Source of the DNA: a virus
Length of the DNA stretch: 11,126 nucleotides
Virus genome (UHGV): UHGV-0334114
Direction: 5' to 3' (one strand)
Part shown: one piece after another, positions 6,942 to 11,126 of the stretch
Numbering within the stretch: the stretch's first letter is position 1
Layout: each line of letters opens with the position of its first letter
Translations under genes and position numbers: made by a program
The notes under the pieces: generated by a model
What the model was told of the DNA's origin: nothing
The model's input: only the letters and a program-made list of their open reading frames with translations
Databases searched by the model: none

Positions 6942-9900
6942 TCAGCTAATCGTGATGCCTGTAGTGGCTTTCTTCATCACCACAACCAGCAAATCGCTGA
7001 TACTTGCTGTGGGATACCAGTTATTTACCAGCCATGCTGACACCGAAAACTCCAGTGTCATGTGACCGTGACCGGCAGGCATATCAATAACGCCACTGTA
7101 AATCAGCGTATTATCCAGCGCGGTACGGTTATAAATTTCAGCACCGTTTTTCCGCACTATCAGACGGCATGAGGAGTAAATATCAGTATGCTCTTTCTCA
7201 TGTTTAGCGCCGCTGAATGCCACCGCCGGAATAACAATCTGCCGGTCAAACGGCTGATCGTCATAAACCCTGACGGTAATGGTTCCTGATGGCCACCGCT
7301 CCGGTGCACGGGAGTCCCGGGGGAAAGCTTTGCCCACTGTTTTAACGAGATCGCCTTCAATCTGGTTCGCGGACAATTTTCCCAGAACCCGACAGTTCTC
7401 GTTAATCGTGACGTTGTTGAGCGTCCCGGAGTTCGCATTCACGTTACCGCTGATATCGGCATTTTTCGCCGTCAGCCGCCCGTCCGGTGTCAGGGAAAAT
7501 GCCGGAGGATTACCGCCGCTGGTAATGGTGGGGGCCGTCAGGCGTTTCAGGAACACTTCATTCATGAATATCTGATCGCCCTGACCAACAAACATCGGCT
7601 TTGTGTTGCCATTCGCAGGATTAATCATCGCAATCCTGTCTGCTGCCAGCAGCACCTGACTCTGCATGCCGTCAGGGGTGTTCTCAATACCGGCACCGAT
7701 ACCCGCAATATAAAGGCGTCCGTCCTGCATCTGCTGCAGCTTCACTGCCCACATGCTGTTCAGGTTATTATTTGTATCAACCTGAACCTTCTGTATCTGC
7801 TGGATCGCTGCACTCTGGTCTTCCAGTTTCTTATTGACGGTCTGTGTTATTTCATTGCTGACATCCGTTATGGACGTCCTGATTTCAGTCAGGTCAGGCG
7901 CAAGCTGACCGTTATCAATCTGCGTCCACAGCTCCTGAGCCAGATGGGTTTTCCCTATCTCGCCTTTGAAAAAATCCAGATAGCCTGATGCATCATCACT
8001 CGGCTGACCGACAGCCTCCACGAATGCCGATTTGCCAACGGTGTTCACACTGCGAACGTAAAAATAATAATCATGGCCCGGTTTGATATTGATACTGGCG
8101 GCTATCCAGTACAGTGCCGTACCAAGATAACGCGCGCTGGTTTCAACCTGCCTGATATCCGCAATCCGTTTTTCCGAGAACCAGAACTCAAACTGTACCG
8201 TCGGATCATAAACCGCAAGATGCGGCGTGGCGGTTATCTGAAAATAGCCCGGCGTCAGCTCAATCCGCGACGGTGCTGCCGGTGCGGCAATCCGGAATGA
8301 TACCGACGCCGGATCACCCTGCTGCCCCCAGGCATTTACCGCCCTGACTGTCAGCCTGTAGTTCCCCAGCGCCAGCTGCCTGAAGCGGTATGTGGTTTCC
8401 GTCGTCCGGGCCGTGCTGACCAGCCGCTCACTGCCGTCATCCGCTGTTACGGTCAGACGGAGCAGGAAGCTCACGCCCTTCACCACCTTCGGCGTGTCCC
8501 AGCAGGCCAGCACCTGATATTCCCCGCTGTCTGCGGTGACTTCGGCAGTCAGGTGCTGCACCGCTGGCGGCGTGACACCATTCACCGTGCCGCTCTGGTC
8601 GCCGTCAAAGTGCGCCCCGTTATCCACGATGGCTTCTTTTTCCGGTACATGCTGCACGGCGGTGATGGCATACGTGCCGTCGTCGTTCTCACGGATACTC
8701 ACGCAGCGGAACAGGCGCTGGCGCAGCGTCGGCAGCTTCAGCCCCCACACGCTGTATCCGGCAACGCCGTCAGGAACACGGCTCACTTTTACCTTCACGC
8801 CGTCGGTGACGGACTGGACCTCCACGCTGACCGGATTGCCACTTCCGTCAACCAGGCTTATCAGCGTGGTACCGGAGGATGGCAGCGTGATTTCACGGTC
8901 GAGCGTCAGCGTCCGGGTCTGGCTGTTCACCGCCAGCACGCGCCCGCCGATGCTGATACCCGCATAGTCATCATCGCAGATTTCAATGACATCCCCCGGT
9001 ACATGGCGAAGCCCTTCCGCACCCACGCTGAAGTCCACGGTCTGCGTTTCCAGCAGTTCCGTTTTAATCAGCCACAGCCCGGCGCGGTGTGCCTGCCCCC
9101 GGCTGGTACAGCCAAAGGCATCCATCTTCGTGACGTTACGACCGTAACGGAGAATGGCCTGCGTATCTTCAACAAGCTCTGTCGCCGTCTCCCAGCCGTT
9201 ATCCGGGTCAATCCAGTTCACCTCAACGGCATTATGGCGGTCCTTCAGGGCGCTGAAGCTGTAGCGGAACGGCGCGCCATCATCCGGCATCACCACATTA
9301 CTGCGGTTATAGGTCCACACCTTATCCGACGGTCGGTCCTGCACGAACGTCAGCGTCTGCCCGTTCCATACCGGCATACAGCGCATCGCCGAGCAGAAAT
9401 CACTGAGAACATCCCACGCCTTACGCTGTGTGGTCAGCCAGGCATTACAGGTGATGCGCGGCTCCGTGCCACCAAAGCCATCCGGCACCGACTGGTCGCA
9501 ATTCTGGCCGATGACATACAGCGCCCATTTGTCCACATCCGCCGCACCGAGACGCTTCCCCATGCCGTAGCGCGGATGGGTCAGCATATCCCACAGACAC
9601 CAGGCCATGTTGTTGCTGTATGCCGGTTTAAACGTCCCGTCCCAGATACCGTTGTATTGCCGCGTCTGCGGGTTATAGTTCGACGGCACCTGCAGAATGC
9701 GCCCGCGAAGATGATAATTACGGCTCACCTGCTGGCTGCCGAACTGCTCCGAATCCACCTGCACGCCGACCAGTGCCGTGTTCGGGTAGCCCTGTTTCAC
9801 ATCGATGATTTCGGTGTATGACGACCAGAGCGTTTTGTTCTGCAGCTGGTCTGTGGTGCTGTCCGGCGTCATCCTGCGCATCCGTATATTGAACGGGCGC

Positions 9901-10421
9901 GGCGGCAGGTTACCCACCACCACCGAGGCCAGATACTGCGAGGTGGTTTTGCCCTTAATGGTGATGTCTTTTTCCGTCACCCAGCCACCATTACGTTGTA
10001 TCTGAACCAGCAGGCGAACTTCCGACGGATTCCTGTCCCCCTTTGAGGTGGTTTCCACCAGTGCCTGCACACCGAAGGTAAAACGCAGTCGGTCAATGTT
10101 TGCCGACGTGATGGTCCGGGTGATCGGCGTGTCGTATTTCACTTCCGTACCCAGTACCGTCTCGGAACCTGATGATTCAAATCCCTCCGGCGGTGTCTGT
10201 TCCTGCTCACCTGCCCGGAACACCACCGTGACACCAGAGATGTTAGTATTCCCCTCACTGTCCAGCACCGGTGTACTGTTCAGCAGCACGCTTTTTAATC
10301 CATCCACCGGACCTTCAACCGGCCCTTCGCTGATGGCATCGATCACACTCAGCAGCTGCGTGGACTTCAGGTTGTCCCTCGCTTCGCGCGGGGTATGCCC
10401 CTTACTGCTTCCTTTACCCAT
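6942..10421 (-). CDS. J: tail tip attachment / host specificity protein J
   Basis: 1159 aa. The N-terminus [34 protein letters not shown] and most of the protein match lambda J as I recall it. GAGGA Shine-Dalgarno directly upstream of the ATG. A central segment and the C-terminal ~150 aa (receptor-binding region) are clearly diverged from lambda J. Confidence 0.95.
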   Translation of the reverse strand: MGKGSSKGHTPREARDNLKSTQLLSVIDAISEGPVEGPVDGLKSVLLNSTPVLDSEGNTNISGVTVVFRAGEQEQTPPEGFESSGSETVLGTEVKYDTPITRTITSANIDRLRFTFGVQALVETTSKGDRNPSEVRLLVQIQRNGGWVTEKDITIKGKTTSQYLASVVVGNLPPRPFNIRMRRMTPDSTTDQLQNKTLWSSYTEIIDVKQGYPNTALVGVQVDSEQFGSQQVSRNYHLRGRILQVPSNYNPQTRQYNGIWDGTFKPAYSNNMAWCLWDMLTHPRYGMGKRLGAADVDKWALYVIGQNCDQSVPDGFGGTEPRITCNAWLTTQRKAWDVLSDFCSAMRCMPVWNGQTLTFVQDRPSDKVWTYNRSNVVMPDDGAPFRYSFSALKDRHNAVEVNWIDPDNGWETATELVEDTQAILRYGRNVTKMDAFGCTSRGQAHRAGLWLIKTELLETQTVDFSVGAEGLRHVPGDVIEICDDDYAGISIGGRVLAVNSQTRTLTLDREITLPSSGTTLISLVDGSGNPVSVEVQSVTDGVKVKVSRVPDGVAGYSVWGLKLPTLRQRLFRCVSIRENDDGTYAITAVQHVPEKEAIVDNGAHFDGDQSGTVNGVTPPAVQHLTAEVTADSGEYQVLACWDTPKVVKGVSFLLRLTVTADDGSERLVSTARTTETTYRFRQLALGNYRLTVRAVNAWGQQGDPASVSFRIAAPAAPSRIELTPGYFQITATPHLAVYDPTVQFEFWFSEKRIADIRQVETSARYLGTALYWIAASINIKPGHDYYFYVRSVNTVGKSAFVEAVGQPSDDASGYLDFFKGEIGKTHLAQELWTQIDNGQLAPDLTEIRTSITDVSNEITQTVNKKLEDQSAAIQQIQKVQVDTNNNLNSMWAVKLQQMQDGRLYIAGIGAGIENTPDGMQSQVLLAADRIAMINPANGNTKPMFVGQGDQIFMNEVFLKRLTAPTITSGGNPPAFSLTPDGRLTAKNADISGNVNANSGTLNNVTINENCRVLGKLSANQIEGDLVKTVGKAFPRDSRAPERWPSGTITVRVYDDQPFDRQIVIPAVAFSGAKHEKEHTDIYSSCRLIVRKNGAEIYNRTALDNTLIYSGVIDMPAGHGHMTLEFSVSAWLVNNWYPTASISDLLVVVMKKATTGITIS

Positions 10422-10444
10422 TCCTCACACTCCATAAACAACAA

Positions 10445-10463
10445 AGCCGCCCAAAAGGCGGCT
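10445..10463 (-). terminator. possible intrinsic terminator downstream of the lipoprotein moron
   Basis: On the - transcript: AGCCGCC-UUUUG-GGCGGCU (7-bp stem) followed by the U-rich UUGUUGUUUAUGG. Lies 25 bp after the lipoprotein stop and about 25 bp before the J start. The U tract is interrupted. Confidence 0.4.
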
Positions 10464-10487
10464 CATGAGTTACGGCAGGATTAACTA

Positions 10488-10826
10488 TTATTTACATGCA
10501 TTAACACTATCAGCAAAAATTTTTGGCGTTAATGCTGGTACACGTTCATAAAGAGTAAAACTACTGCCATTTCCTGCTTTTTTGATATCAAGCACAACAT
10601 CATATCCCCCCATAGCCTGTGGAACTAAAAGGCTTACCCCATTCTCAATAGGAAGGGATGTTATAGGTGTTCCATTACCAGCCCATTGTCTGGATATGCA
10701 GCCTGACAATTCATCAATATTTTTTAATGAATTACCTTCCATTACAGGTTTTCCGGATTTTACGTAATCCAAAGACTTACATCCTGTTAAGGCAATAATC
10801 GTGCAGAATAAAATCGTTTTGTTCAT
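10488..10826 (-). CDS. small secreted lipoprotein of unknown function (moron inserted between tail genes I and J)
   Basis: Preferred start is the ATG at 10826, giving MNKTILFCTIIALTGC..., a classic lipoprotein signal peptide with lipobox LTGC; the listed ORF starts 4 codons earlier at a TTG. Mature part is about 95 aa with two further Cys. The gene and its flanks are markedly AT-rich compared with I and J. No good Shine-Dalgarno seen. Confidence 0.7.
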   Translation of the reverse strand: MNKTILFCTIIALTGCKSLDYVKSGKPVMEGNSLKNIDELSGCISRQWAGNGTPITSLPIENGVSLLVPQAMGGYDVVLDIKKAGNGSSFTLYERVPALTPKIFADSVNACK

Positions 10827-10898
10827 ATAGCTAACCAATAGAATAATTATCAGTGTTCGATATAAATATTAAATCAGTTAGAACATGAGTAAATAATA

Positions 10899-11126
10899 TT
10901 ACCGCCCAATTACCACAACCTGACCACCATCCCCTTCATCTGCCGTGCTGATCTCCTGAGATGCCACACGTGACCCCACGCGCATTTCACCGTACAGAAC
11001 AGGCAGGACATTGCCCTGGGCAACCATGTTATCCAGTGAGGAGAAATAGGTGTTCTGTTTGCCGTTATCCGTTGTCTGTGTACGGGGAGTTCTGGCTTTC
11101 GGTGCCAGCATCTGCGCCACACCACC
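10899..11126 (-). CDS. I: tail assembly protein I (C-terminal part; gene starts beyond window end)
   Basis: The frame is open to the window edge (GGVAQMLAPKARTPRTQTTDNGKQNTYFSSLDNMVAQGNVLPVLYGEMRVGSRVASQEISTADEGDGGQVVVIGR then stop), matching the C-terminus of lambda gpI as I recall it. The listed start at 11120 is an internal GTG. Confidence 0.85.
   Translation of the reverse strand, partial: GGVAQMLAPKARTPRTQTTDNGKQNTYFSSLDNMVAQGNVLPVLYGEMRVGSRVASQEISTADEGDGGQVVVIGR

Noticed and set aside
8553-9821. 422-aa ORF on the + strand
   Set aside because: Lies entirely antisense to J, whose frame is strongly supported by lambda J homology. The product is Arg/His/Pro-rich low-complexity sequence typical of antisense reading of a GC-rich gene.
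10827-10898. Promoter for the lipoprotein moron in the AT-rich I-to-lipoprotein spacer
   Set aside because: Several weak -10-like hexamers (GATAAT, TATATC) are present, but I could not pair any with a convincing -35 at 16-18 bp spacing, so no promoter feature is called.
10582-11125. ORFs 10582-10767 (+) and 10910-11125 (-, alternate frame)
   Set aside because: The first is antisense to the lipoprotein gene; the second is an alternate frame of gene I, whose true frame is fixed by the lambda gpI C-terminal match.

Overview
This window reads as a lambda-like (lambdoid) siphophage segment laid out as in the phage map rather than as an integrated prophage. On the + strand a recombination module (partial DEDDh 3'-5' exonuclease, Xis-like excisionase, lambda-type tyrosine integrase) runs into an attP-like region at about 1680-2000. 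That region holds a bidirectional terminator palindrome, direct 10-mer repeats, and a 41-codon segment on the - strand matching the C-terminus of the outer-membrane protein OmpW as I recall it, which points to integration into the 3' end of ompW. Almost no b region follows; only one small ORF lies between attP and the tail-fibre genes. On the - strand, in lambda order, are the C-terminal end of tail assembly gene I (partial), an AT-rich lipoprotein moron inserted between I and J, J (tip attachment/host specificity, with a divergent C-terminal receptor-binding part), lom (flanked by intrinsic terminators), a long mosaic side tail fibre gene stf with an Ala/Ser/Thr repeat tract and HxH tip motifs, and tfa. 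No rRNA, tRNA, CRISPR array or transposase was seen. The most interesting element is the lipoprotein moron next to the diverged J receptor-binding domain, a candidate receptor-masking superinfection-exclusion gene. All homology statements rest on reading the translations and on remembered lambda/Rac/OmpW sequences, not on database searches.
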